In this document: piece after piece, positions 12,203 through 23,799 of the stretch | Layout: each line of letters begins with the position of its first letter | How positions within the stretch are numbered: position 1 is the stretch's first letter | From: Squalus acanthias | Lineage: Eukaryota | Reading direction: 5' to 3' | Assembly (NCBI GenBank): GCA_030390025.1 | Contig: CM059431.1 | Coordinates: 141,114,001-141,178,000 of the forward strand | Length of the DNA stretch: 64,000 bases | Translations under genes and position numbers: made by a program | The notes under the pieces: model-generated | The model's database searches: none | Told to the model about the DNA's origin: nothing | What the model saw: the letters and a program-made list of their open reading frames with translations, nothing else

Positions 12203-12269
12203 CTGGGAAATAAATGAGAAATATCAATTACACTTGATGAAGCCTGTGTATAATTATTGGAAGACAGAA

Positions 12270-12730
12270 TCACGACTAGGTCATTCAGCCCCTGGAGCCT
12301 GTTCCGCCTGTTAATTAGATCATGGCTGATCTATAATTTGACTTCATCTGCCTGCCTTGGTTCCATAACCCTCAATAACCTCCTGCATGTGACATACCTC
12401 GATCAGACTCAGTTTTGAAATTTACAATTGACCCCCACCCTCAACAGCTATTGGAGAGAGACAGGACCAGCTTTTCAATACCCTTTACGTGAAGATGTGC
12501 TTCCTGCTGTCACCCCTGAATGGCCTAGTTCTAATTTTAAGGTCATGTTCCGGACTCCCCCACCAGAGGAAATCGTTCCTCTCTATCAACTATGTTAGAT
12601 ACTTTAATCATCTTAAACACTTCCGTTAGATGACCCCTTAACCTTCTTTTCTCGAGGGTATTCAAGTTAAGACTATGCAACTTGCCCTCATATTTAAAAT
12701 TAATTTAACCCCGGTATCATTCTGGTGAAC
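12270..12730 (-). mobile_element. CR1-type LINE 3' fragment (intronic)
   Basis: cattcagcccctggagcctgttccgcc..agatcatggctgatc tail followed by degenerate RT C-terminus; similar short piece at 11590-11730. Confidence 0.7.
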
Positions 12731-13119
12731 TATAATAACTGTTTTAAATTCTGAAGCGTAATTCACTGGCTAATTGTTCAGACCATCACAAGTTGAATAC
12801 GATAGCAATAAACAAATAACCATCTCGATAAAAAATATTTTAAATAAATCTGGGTGCAGACTTTATTATTTCTGCTTTTACCTTCGGAATTTTCGTTCCT
12901 GTAACATCACATTTGTTCGCCATTTTAACGGGAATGTTATTCGGTTTAGAATAGTCGATGCCTCCGATAAAATAGCGACAATCAGAAGAATATTACAGCA
13001 AGGTGCTACAATTCCATGCATAAAATGGCAAAAAAGTTCTAGCATCTCATCTAATCAATTCCAACCGGATTTAAATTCCTCCCTGCAGTATCTACTACAT
13101 ACATTGCACGGAAACTCAC

Positions 13120-13230
13120 CGACAGTCCGCCACACCAGTGTGTTCTGTGTGCTCCCGGCATCGGTATCGGACTCAGAATTAAAGTCGTCCAGAATAGTAT
13201 AACAAATATTCCCAACACAATCTGAGTAAA
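13120..13230 (-). pseudogene. MS4A copy 1, TM1/TM2 exon (FTQIVLGIFVILFWTTLILSPIPMPGAHRTHWCGGLS)
   Basis: tctcttttag| ... |gtgagt, 111 nt, phase 0/0, open. Confidence 0.9.
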
Positions 13231-13700
13231 CTAAAAGAGAGCAATATTGACCAAGAAAGGTAACATATATAAAATCATACAAAAAATATCAGTGTGTGTG
13301 GGAGCTAGAGAGAGGGGGAAGTAGCGAGAGAGGGGTGAGAAAGAAAGGCAGAGAGGGAGAGAGATGTAAGATATAAGTAAAGCTTTGTTGAAATCTGAAT
13401 TAGATGATTCGATTAGCACATTGTTAGAATGCTTTACGATCATTTAAATGGTCAAGATGTCCTAGCATTCTTTCATGAGCATACTTAATGAGCAGATGTG
13501 GGAGAAAAGGGAACTTGACTGTTGTCTCTAAGTATGAACCATAAAGAGTTTGGAAACGCAAGGACACAAATTCAAAAAGCCCAGGTCGACAAAAAGGCTG
13601 AAAAGATACTAGTTGCCAAGACACCATATAACACGGTAAAAGATAAAAATTTACCTAATTGCTGCATTATAAAGAAAGCTTGTAGAAAAGAGGCAAAAAT

Positions 13701-13890
13701 TTGGCCAGAAATTCGTCTCGGTCGGTGACACAAAACGGGCGGTATAGGATCGGCGTCCCAGTTAAATGCAGCACCTGATATTCAGTCAACTTGACTGCAA
13801 TGGAACTGAATATCATGCTCTGGGAATACCAGCCCCCTATCCGATACCGCCCGTTTTGCGTCACCGCCCGAGCCGATTTTCTAGCCCTAA
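13701..13890. mobile_element. Short fold-back MITE
   Basis: cggtgacacaaaacgggcggtat pairs with ataccgcccgttttgcgtcaccg; related copies near 6960-7070, 11320-11430, 16153-16334, 26970-27225. Confidence 0.65.
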
Positions 13891-14394
13891 TTAAGTGAGG
13901 TAAACACCTAAAAATGTGGCCTCAGCAAAACGGCAACTATGTATTACGTAGGCACAGATCAAGCTTGTACTATAGTATAAAAACAGAACCTGTTTGTCCC
14001 CAAGGCAGACGTTCTCGGGTTGGTCAGGACTCACGCAGCCACAGGTAAGACCTGGAGGGATGGCGCTGTTCGCCTGGGAAACACGGCTTGTGTGGTTCTC
14101 TTGTAGGTGGGAGCGCTCTCAGGGTCAGTTGGATACCCGCAGACATACAGGCAGCCTAGAGCCGAAAGTGATCACTCCGGGCCGGGGAACCAGGTTGTAT
14201 AATTTACATGGATTCTTGCCATTTACTATAACACTGCAGAAAAGTTATACAAATTCTAATGTTGTTAATGTTCAATGTTCAATGTAATCAAGCTTGATAT
14301 TATTTTTTTAAAAACACTCGTGCAAGAATCATGAGCTGAGTTATTATCGTCGGACTAACAACCTTTTGTTACGACGATAGCCACGGAGGAAATT

Positions 14395-14770
14395 CTCCAA
14401 CACACCTTAAGCATTCATTCCCTCCACCACCGGCGCACCATGGCTGCAGTATGCGCCATCTACAGGATGCACTGCAGCAACTCGCAAAGGCTTCGTTAAC
14501 CGCACTGCTCCAACCCGGGAACTCCACAACCTAGGAGAAGGGCAGCTGGCGCATGAGAACACCATAAACTCCGCTCCAGGTCACCACCCCGACATGGGAA
14601 GATATCCGCCGTTCCTTCATCGTCGCTGGGTCAAAACCCTTGAGATCTTGGCTAACGGCACTGTGGAAGCACGTTCAGCACAGGGCGCACCAAAATTTTT
14701 TCATGGGGAAATACTCTGGGAAATAAATGCTGACGTTATTAGCGAGGCCCATATCCCCAGAATTAATTTT
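14395..14770 (+). mobile_element. Non-LTR retrotransposon 3' fragment (clade uncertain)
   Basis: Encodes SLHHRRTMAAVCAIYRMHCSNS; reverse-oriented relative at 31770-32110. Confidence 0.6.
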
Positions 14771-15036
14771 TAAAAGTATAGCTCATAAATATACTCAGGA
14801 ACATAATTCCCGGTTGGTAGTCCCAGTGAAATTCTACATGTGATCACACTGAAGTTGTTTACAATATCTCTACGACTAGTGACGGGAACTAACCTCCATC
14901 AGCTAATTGATGATGTCTCTACACTTGCGGCTCGAATCCATTTTACTCAAGGCGTCTTGAAATTAAAGCATTGCATGTTGAAATTATGATCGACATGAGA
15001 AGGAATAAATTATTAAAATAAAGGGTTTCATCTTAC

Positions 15037-15215
15037 CCCCAGAGCTTTATGTTTTCCCATGTGAATTCCTGGACAGTTTATTCTTCTGGTTGGTTAATGA
15101 GTCTGGGAGCCTCCTCGTCTCATTGGGGCTTCCCTTGCACCAGATTGTAGGTTAATATTGGGACTGATGACGCTCTCTTCTATGCTCAGTGATGCTGCCA
15201 TGTTCCAAATAAGGA
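15037..15215 (-). pseudogene. MS4A copy 1, first coding exon (ATG 15201; MAASLSIEE..QTH*PTRR..HMGKHKALG)
   Basis: Acceptor tgtccag| 15216/15215, donor GGG|gtaaga 15037/15036; TAA at 15096-15094; second in-frame ATG at 15060. Confidence 0.85.
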
Positions 15216-16152
15216 CTGGACAATTGGCCCTTAGTGAATAAGAAGCTATTTCCACAGACATTAGAATGCCAACATTTGACTTAATAGTAAATAAACAACA
15301 TTCTTTACAATATTATAATCTGGCAATGGAAAATTGCGACATGTTAGCCATCCTGGCACCGAATCCATAACTATTTTCTACGAAATCAATTCATTTCGAT
15401 TGAACCCATCAATATAACACGTTCATGTCACGTGCATATGGTTATTTCCTTTGACTCTTGAGGAGTGCTTCGTTTTCACGAATCACATGATGGGGATTTT
15501 AATAATTCAGTTAAAAAAATCTAACAAACTAAACCTCTGAAGGCAACTTTCTGCCCAGTCATGAAATTTTAATCGGGACAATCGATTTGTGCCAAATCGA
15601 TGGCAATATGTTTCCTGCGGTGATGAAGTGCTTTGTTTTGTCTTTTATTTCTGGAATCGCAAGCGTCTATTTTTATTGTGAATTTCGCTGTAATTACCAA
15701 CCGAAATAATATTTCCATGCACACCTAGGCATTTTTTTCAATACAGCCCAGTGAAAATCTTCCCATTTAAGTTTCATCACGTTCTCTATATTTTTAATAA
15801 TAAATCACTTAACACTAAATATTACTAATGTATGAGGTTACACGGATCATTGAACTAAAAAGAAAAGTAATTGCATCAATGTAAAACATTGTGTCTTATT
15901 TCGGTTGAATGCTAAGACGTAGTATTACTTCCGTATCGTGTTCAATGCAAATTGAATAATCAGTTGTTAAAAATAATCCTGCCCACACGTTTCCTTTGTT
16001 CGTGTGATATTGTATGTAATGGTTGGATTGCATTTGAGGACAGGACCTCAACTGACAAATACGGACTGAAAATATCCACCAATCCGAGAACAAACTGTAA
16101 TATTTAAAATGCAGATAATATACAGATAAAGTTGTCACAATTCTATAAACGT

Positions 16153-16334
16153 TGGGGGCAATTTTAACTTTGACCGATAGCGTAAAACGGGCGGCATCGA
16201 ATGGGCTGTTATCTGCCCTGGCAGATTTTCCCTTCAATGGATCTCAATGGAAAGGAACATCTGGCGGTCGTATAACGGGGGCTAATTCCACATCGCCCAT
16301 TTCACACCATCGCCCAGGGTTTAAATTGCCCCCA
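16153..16334. mobile_element. Short fold-back MITE
   Basis: TIR tgggggcaattt / aaattgccccca with internal dyad symmetry. Confidence 0.65.
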
Positions 16335-16404
16335 TTGATCGCAACAAAAGCCATGTCTCTGGTAAAATGAATCACATGGACAATATGAAGTCAGCTTAAC
16401 TTAC

Positions 16405-16480
16405 CCGTGAGTATCGGTCACCGGTCGCGACTCTGCGTCCTCCTTCAGAGCTCGGCAGCCTTTCTGACCGGACACTTGAG
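16405..16480 (-). other. Putative non-coding first exon of MS4A copy 1
   Basis: Strong donor CGG|gtaagt at 16405/16404; homologous to 27520-27599 on the plus strand, which also ends in a GT donor. 5' end unknown. Confidence 0.55.
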
Positions 16481-16924
16481 TAACACTGCGGGGTGTGTCT
16501 CATATTACCGGTTAGGCGGGGGGGGGGGGGGGGGGGGGAGTTTGGCCCTGTTCTCTCACTAGATTCTTAAAGCAACAGTCCAACCATTTTATCTTTTCTG
16601 CAGCTGTTTTCGTCAGTTCAGTTCCGAGGAGAACAGCTGATATTTGAGGGATAGAATGCGGGAATGCTGATCTGTAATGTGAGGCTGGATATTACACTTG
16701 GTCCTATAGGTGGTCAGACGCTTCCTGTGTCCGTACTGATGGTTATTTTATCGGAAGGTTCAACGTTTGAACTGATTGATTAGGCGCTAACATTGGACAG
16801 TAGATTTTCAAGAATCACTTATTATTCAATTATCTCAAAATAATCTCCACAAGATAATTTCTTATCTTGTTCATTGTCTCATGAAACCGAGTACCAAAAG
16901 AACATATTAATCCGTTGAATTGTT

Positions 16925-17342
16925 TTTATTCATTCTAGGCATGTGGGCGGCGCTGGAAAGGTCGGCATTTAATGCGATCCGTAGTTGTCCTGTATACAGC
17001 TGACAGGCTCGCTAGTCCACTTCAGAGGGGCCGTTAGGACTCAGCCACGTTGGTTTGGGACTGGAGACACACAGAGGTCCAGACGGGGTAAGAAATGTAG
17101 ATTGCCTTCTCTAAAGGACATCAGTGAACCAGTTTGGGTTTTTCCCACAACCCGACAGCTTCATGATTAATTTTACTGATGCCAGCCTGTTATTTTCAAC
17201 AGCTTTTATTTTCAGAACTTTTCAGAAACAGAATTCAAATTCTCAAACTGGCATGGTGGGATTTCAGCTCACGTTCTCTGTATTATTATTCGAGGACACC
17301 AAATCATAGTCCAGTAGAATAAGCATGACATTACCATACCCG
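16925..17342 (-). mobile_element. tRNA-derived SINE
   Basis: Same head as 4805 element (ggtatggtaatgtcatg..ctgga); tail similar to 14720-14770. Confidence 0.6.
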
Positions 17343-17754
17343 AGATATTGTTCATCAAACACTAGAACCCGTGGTCCATGTTTTCGGAATTTATGATATA
17401 GCGAGATTATGAGTTATGAATTATGTGTATATATGAATCCCAAACACATTTTCTATAAACGGGTTAACGATTCGTCGAGACAAAGGGAGCAGGGGAACTT
17501 TTGGAGATTGCATTTCACTGATTATGTGTCCTTCCCACTATTGATCTAGAACAGAACCGTGATGACTGGAGTCTGTTCCTACTCGGACCACGGTCTGTCA
17601 GTGCAATTATTTTTGTCGGTGTCACTGCAGAATGGAAATTTGCACAGATTTATACAAACACTTTGCAGAAATGTAGATGGGGACGATTAATTTATTTACC
17701 TTTCGGGACTGTATAGAAGAAGGAAATCAGTGCGTTGAATTCCCTACTCTCGCT

Positions 17755-18530
17755 ATATAGTGTTCAGCTGGTAGCACCCTCGCCTCTGAATCAGAAGGTT
17801 ATCGGTTCAAATCCCACTCCAGAGACTTGAGCACAGAAATCTTTGCTGACACTCCAGTGGAGTGCTGCACTGTCGGAGGTGCCGTCCTTCAGATGATAAA
17901 TAGGCTACATAGGATATACGGCACAGAAACAGGCCATGCCGGCATTTATGCTCCACTCGAGTCTCCTCCCGTCTATCCTCAACTAAATCTATCAGCACAT
18001 CCCTCTATTCCCTTCTCCCTCATATGCTTGCCTAGCCTCCCCTTAGAAGCATCTATACTATTGGCCTCAACCACTTCCTGTGGTAGAGAGTTCCACATTC
18101 TCACCACTCTCTGGGGAAACAAGTTACTTCTGAATTCCCTATTTGATCTCTTTGTGACTATCTTATACTGATGGCCTCCAGTTATGCTCTTCCCCACAAG
18201 TGGAAACACTATTAAGTGGATACGTTAGCCCGAGGCCCCGTCAGCCCTCTCAAGTGACGTAAAATATGCCTAAGCGCTATTTCGAAGAAGAGCAGGGGAG
18301 ATATCCCCGTTGCCCGGACTGATATTTATCCCTCAATCAACATCACTGAACACAGATTATCAGATCATTATCATATTGCTGTTTGTGGGAGCTTGCTGTG
18401 CGCATAAAGCTGCCGCCTTTCCTACATTACAATAGTGACTACACTTGAAAAAAAAAACATTTATTGGATGTAAAGCGCTTTGGGTCGTCCAGTGGTCGTG
18501 AAAGGCGCTATATAAATACAAGTATTTCTT
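17755..18530 (+). mobile_element. tRNA-derived Deu-type SINE, split by a minus-strand CR1 3' fragment (17905-18210)
   Basis: Head tggtagcaccctcgcctctgaatcagaaggt..ggttcaaatcccactcc; tail taaagcgctttggg..aaggcgctatataaat; insert encodes NLFPQRVVRMWNSLPQEVVEA. Confidence 0.8.
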
Positions 18531-19600
18531 TTTGTTTCCTTTTTTTCTGCCCGGGCTGTTGTTGGAAGTTGGTTTCTCACAGCCTGACTTCAGATGGTCG
18601 ATTATCTCACTGTATTTCAGAGATATGGGCTGTCCAGAAAGCTGCCGCTGCATTTCACTTCGGCAGTTCAAGCGGGTCAAGTGGAAAATATCACAGTGGG
18701 GTAGAATCTCGGAATAGACATCATTGTATCATAAAGTTTAGATTAGCTATTGAGAAGGACAATGAGCAATACAGAATAAAAAAACTTAACTGGAGGAGGG
18801 CTATTTTCAGCGAATAGAGGAGGGAATCTGTCCCGGGTAAACTGGAGTCACAGATTGGCAGCAGAAATGTAATGGAGCAATGGGCGGACTTTAAAGAGGA
18901 GATTGTTCGGGTACAGTCTAGGTACATTCCCACAAGGGGGAATGGGCGGACAACCAAAGCCAGTGCTCCCTGGATGACGAAGCGGTTAGACTAGGATGAA
19001 GCATAAAATGTATGACAGATGTCAGCTTGATAATGTAAGCGAGAATCAGGCTGAGTATAAAGCAGCAAAGAGGAGAAGTGAAAAAGGAAATAATAGAGGG
19101 AAAGTGACAGTGCGAGAATAGATTGGCGCCTAACATAAAAGGGAAACCAAAGGTCTCATATCGGCATACCAACAAAATTATTTGTGTCATAGGAGCAGTG
19201 GGGCCAATCGTGCAAAAATGTTGATCTATTGGTAGAGGCAGAAGGCATTGCTGAGGTATTAAATGAGTACTATGCATCAGTGTTTTCCAAGAAGAGGACT
19301 TTGCCAAAGCTACGGTAAACAGGAAGGATACTGGATGAGATAAAACAGATAAAGAGGATGTAATAGAAAGGCTGGTGTAGATAAAGTGGATAAGTCAGCC
19401 GATCTGGATGGGATCCATCCTCGGTTACTGAGGGAAGTAAGGTAGAAATTGCCGCGTTGCTGGCCACATTCTTCTAATCCTCACTAGATACATAGAATCA
19501 TACAAGCATATCAATTAACAGCACATAAGGGGGACATTTGAATAGTCGTTTCCGTGCGGCCGAAAAAGAGCGATCCAGCCTAATCCCACTTTCCAGCTCT

Positions 19601-20045
19601 GGACTCAACATCGAGTTCAATAATTTTAGATCATAACCTAGCCCCTATCACATTAATATTTTATTTTTTCATCCACCCTTTTGTTTACACCCCCCCTCTT
19701 TTTTTTCCTCCTAGAATCTGGCAGCTGTCCTTCATTTTGCCAATTCATTTCACACTTCATTTAGCCTCAACCTTTCACATTAACACCTCCTCTTGCCTTG
19801 ATCATCTCTTAATGTCTCTCAATGTCTCTTAATCGCTCCATTTGGACTTTTATCCACTCCCCCTTTTCCCAGCTTTATCCTTGCTTTAAATCTATTTCAT
19901 TTCCTTCTATTTCCAGTTCTGACGAAAGGTCTTCGACCTGAAACGTTAACTCTGTTTCTCTCTCCACGGATGCTGCCTGGCCTGCTGAGTTTTTCCAGCG
20001 TTTTCTGTTGTTATTTCGGATTTCCAGCATCCGCAGTATTTTGCT
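19601..20045 (+). mobile_element. 5'-truncated Penelope-like element with 18-bp flanking duplication
   Basis: atcccactttccagctct at 19583-19600 and 20046-20063; begins GLNIEFNNFRS* (recognised as Penelope GIY-YIG ORF C-terminus), pyrimidine-rich UTR, hammerhead motif. Confidence 0.8.
19915..19951 (+). ncRNA. Minimal type I hammerhead ribozyme motif (Penelope-associated)
   Basis: agtt CTGACGA A AGGTC ttc GACCT GAAA CGTT aact: helix I agtt/aact, 5-bp helix II, palindromic AACGTT in place of helix III. Confidence 0.6.
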
Positions 20046-22499
20046 ATCCCACTTTCCAGCTCTTGGTCTGTAGCCTTGTAGGTTACAGCACTTCAAGTCT
20101 ATATCCAAGTACTTTTAAAATGTATTGAGCGTTTCTGCCTCTACCGCCCTTTCAGGCAGTGAGTTCCAGAACCCCACCACCCTCTGGGTTAAAAAGCTTC
20201 TCTTCATCTCCCCTCTAATACTTCTACCTAATGCATTAACTCTATGCCCCCTTGTTATTTACCACTCTGCTGTGTAAATAAGTCCTTCCTCTCCGCTCGA
20301 TTTAGCATCCTCATAATTTTATACACCTCAATCAAGTCTCTCCTCAGCCTGCTCTGTTCCAAAAAAATCAACCCCAGCCTATCCAATCTTTTCTCATAGC
20401 TATATTTCTCCAGTCCTGGCAACAGCCTCGTAATTCTCCTCTGGCTCTCTCTGGTACAATCACGTTATCCCTGTAATATGGTGACCAGATCTGTACGCAG
20501 TACTCTAGCTGTGGCCTAAGTAAGGTTTTATACAGTTCAAGCATAATTTCCCTGCTCTTATATTTAATGCTTCAGCTAATAAAGGAAATTATCCCGAATG
20601 CCTTCTTAGCCAACCTTGTCTGCCTGTCCTGCTACGTTCAGGGATCTGTGGACATGCACTCCAAGGACCCTCTTTTCCTCTACACTTCTCAGTATCCTAC
20701 AATTCATTGTGTATTCCCTTGCCTTGTTAGCTCTCCCCAAAGACATTACTTCACACTTCACCGATTGCATTCCAGTTGCCACTTTCTGTCCATCTGACCA
20801 GCCATTGATATCTTCCTGCAGTCTGCAGCTTTCTTCCTCACCATCAACCACACGGCTATTGTTGTATCATCTGTAAACTTCTTCATCATGCCCCCTACAT
20901 TGAAGGCTAAAATAATCATATAAACAACAAAAAGCAAGGACCTTCGCATTCAGCCCTCCGGAACCACACTGGAAACAGACTTCCAATCACAAAAACATCC
21001 GTCGATCATTACCTTTTGATTCCTGCCACTGAGCCAATTTTGGATCAAACTTGACAGATACCGGGGTGGCGCCAGAGGTCAGGAGGATTGCAAATGTTGC
21101 ATCCTTGTTCAAAAAATGGAGCAGGATGGCAATTACAATCAAGCCAGTTTAACGTCCGTGGTGGGGAATCCGGGAGCTGATTACCAGCCACTTGGACAAG
21201 CATGGACTAATGAAGGAGAGCCTGCACGGATTGGTTAAGGGCAATTCCTGTTTGATCAAGTTGATTGAGTTTTTTTATGAAGTAACAGAGAGGGTGGATG
21301 ATGGCAGTGCAGCTGATGTTGTATATATGGACTTTCAAAAGGATTTGAGAAATAATGCATATTTGTCTTGTTAGCAAAATTGAAACCCATGTAATAAAGG
21401 GCAGTAGCAGCATGGACACAAAATTGGTTGAGGGATAGAAACCAGAGAGTTGTGATGAATGGCTCGTTTTTGTAATCGAGGGAACTGTACTGTTGTTCAC
21501 CAGGATTCAGTACTAGGCCCACTCCTGTTTTTGATATACATTACTGACTTGGACTTGGGGTTACAGGATTCAATGTCGAAATTTGCATTTGACACGAAAC
21601 TTGGACTTGTAATAACCAGTGAGTAAGATAGTAATAGACTTCAAGAGGACATAGCCAGGCTGGTGGAATGGGCGGACACATGGCGGATGAAATTTAACGC
21701 AGAACAGTGAGAGCTAATCCATTTCGTTAGGAAGAATGTGTGCGACAATAAAAGCTAAAAGGTACAATTTTAAAGGGGGTGTAGGAATAGAGAGTCCTGC
21801 CCGCATTTGTGCAAATATTTGAAGGTGTCCGTTTATGTTAATAAAGCAATTTATTAAGCATATGGATCCTGGGTTTAATAAATAGAGTCATAGAGTACAA
21901 AAGCCAGGAAGTTATGCGAAATCTATATAAAACACTCGTTCGGTCCCAGCGGGAATATTGTGTACAATTCTGGGCAAAACACTTTCGGAAGGAGCTGAAG
22001 ACTTTGGAGAGGGTGCAGAAGAGATTTACTAGAATTGTTCCAGGGTTGAGGGATTACAGTCACGTGGACAGACTAGAGAAGCTGTGGTTGTTCTCCTCAG
22101 AGCAGAGAACGCTAAGCAGAGATCTGATTGAGTTATTTAAAACCATGAAGGGTTTAGATAGAGTAAATAAAGAGAAACTGCTGCCAATGACTTATGGATC
22201 GATAACCTGAGGGCACAGATTGAAGGTAATTGTCGGGAGGACCAGAGGCGACATAAAGGTAAACGTTAATGCAACACGTGGTTAGTATTTGGAATGCGCT
22301 GCCTGATAGGGTAGAGGAAACCGATTCAATAGTAGTCTTCAAAAGGGAATTTGATAAATACTTGAAGGAGAAAGAATTGCAGGGATATGGAAAAAGAGCG
22401 GGGAGTGGGAATAACTGGATTGCTCTTCGAAAGAGCCGGCACCGACTTGATAGACCGAATGGCCTCCATCTATGCTGTCCTATTCTATGATGCTATTTA

Positions 22500-22890
22500 A
22501 ACTTCAACTTGGATTTCTATAGCACCTTTCACGACCTCGGGACCAACGCACTTTACAGCGAATTAAGTAGTTTTGATGCAAGGTCACTGTTGTGATGTAG
22601 GAAGGGTGACCACTACCTTGCGCACAGCAAGCACTCACGAATAGCAACGTGATATTGACCACACAAACTGTTTTTTAGTGATGTTGTTTGAGGGGTAAAT
22701 ATTGGTCCCAAGACATCAGGGAGAACTCCTCTGCTCTGCTTCGAAATAGACGGAGACTTTCTTTAAAGTCTCTTCTGAAAGAGGGCACTTCCGATAGTGC
22801 AGCATTCCCTCAGTACTGGCACTGGAAGTGTCAACCTAGATTTTGTGCTGGAGTGGGAATCTAGCCCTCAACCTTCTAACTCAACGGTGA
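22500..22890 (-). mobile_element. Deu-type tRNA-derived SINE
   Basis: Reverse complement of the family at 17755-18530 and 62965-63400. Confidence 0.75.
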
Positions 22891-23251
22891 CTATAGAATC
22901 ACTGCCCAAATCATGACGCTCAGTTACCGAGAACGCTAAATAAACGACCTTTCCCTTTTCAGCTGCTTAAACGTGCGGCCAATTTTCCTCACGATGGGCC
23001 CAGTACGCTGTAGGTCGATAATGGCGGAGTTCAAGGGGTCAGCACTCTGGCACTGACGCAACACTTGCGTATTTGTTTTGTTATTTAGTTTTCACTACGG
23101 AATGTGTCAGATATCTGCCGGCACGGGCACGATCGGCCGAATGTCCTCCATTTGTGCTGCACCATTCTCTGATTCCATTTAGTTAGGGAATAATGCTGAC
23201 TGTGCCCGAGTGGTGGCCGGTATACAGGGATGTTTGTACCAAATAATTGCC

Positions 23252-23500
23252 TGACTGTGAGAACAAGTAAATGTTAATTTTCTTGCTTCCTGTTCTCACC
23301 TTCACTCGCTACATCCGACCAATCAATAACCCATCTGGGTTAATGTGGTGATCGACAATGTTATTCGAAGACGGCGGGACTCGCACGTCCGCATGAAATT
23401 ATCTGGGTCAGGCCTGTGCTTTGCAGCAGTTTCGGTACATTGTCAATAGCAATTCAACCACAGCCAGTGGTTTCAGCAGCTGCACATCTTTTGGAGGTTT
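23252..23500 (+). repeat. Left arm of a diverged ~250-bp inverted repeat (partner 25819-26068)
   Basis: cacagccagtggtttcagcagctgcacat vs atgtgcagctgctgaaaccactggctgtg; cgcacgtccgcatg vs catgcggacgtgcg. Confidence 0.85.
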
Positions 23501-23799
23501 GCAGTTTGAGTTTAAATTGTGTCGAATCTATTTCTGCAAAAAAACAGTGAAGCAGAGAGATGGTTACTATTTTTTGTTCATTTATTTGGAGTTCAGTCAG
23601 TTTGGGTTCTGTTGAGACGCTGCAAAGATTTCTGATGATTGCTGATTTTGGTCTGATATCTCAGTTTGAGGCCGTCTCCCAATTTGGGTCGCTGGCGTTA
23701 GATCGGAACTTTGCGCCAATCTGTAACCCGAGTATAAACGTCAGTCGTTGGACAAACGCTTCAAATCAAGAAACCGAGATAAAATTAGTGAGGATTTAG

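Larger units (their letters stand above)
9946..16480 (-). pseudogene. MS4A (CD20-like tetraspan) gene copy 1, probably disabled
   Basis: Exons with GT-AG sites: non-coding about 16480-16405, 15215-15037, 13230-13120, 12202-12146, 11161-11036, 10020-9946. Motifs GKHKALG|FTQIVLGIF, WCGGLS|FILSGSL, LLAILEMLISIVVSISG are MS4A signatures. In-frame TAA at codon 36; TM3 exon not found. Confidence 0.85.
19491..21055 (-). mobile_element. CR1-type LINE nested in the plus-strand CR1
   Basis: Tail catagaatc at 19491; ORF pieces KKFTDDTTI, KCEVMSLGRANKAREY. Confidence 0.8.
18690..22490 (+). mobile_element. CR1-type LINE (18690-19490 and 21056-22490) split by a nested insertion
   Basis: LNWRRAIF in the 5' part; HGLVKGNSCLIKLIEFF and LYKTLVRSQREYCVQFW in the 3' part; tail ttctatgat at about 22490. 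Confidence 0.8.

Noticed and set aside
12774..13202. 142-aa plus-strand ORF
   Set aside because: Antisense to an MS4A exon, non-ATG start, no recognisable motif.
13976..14050. TATAAAA followed by CAG|GTAAGA on the plus strand, antisense within the MS4A intron
   Set aside because: Only two short motifs; no downstream exon identified.
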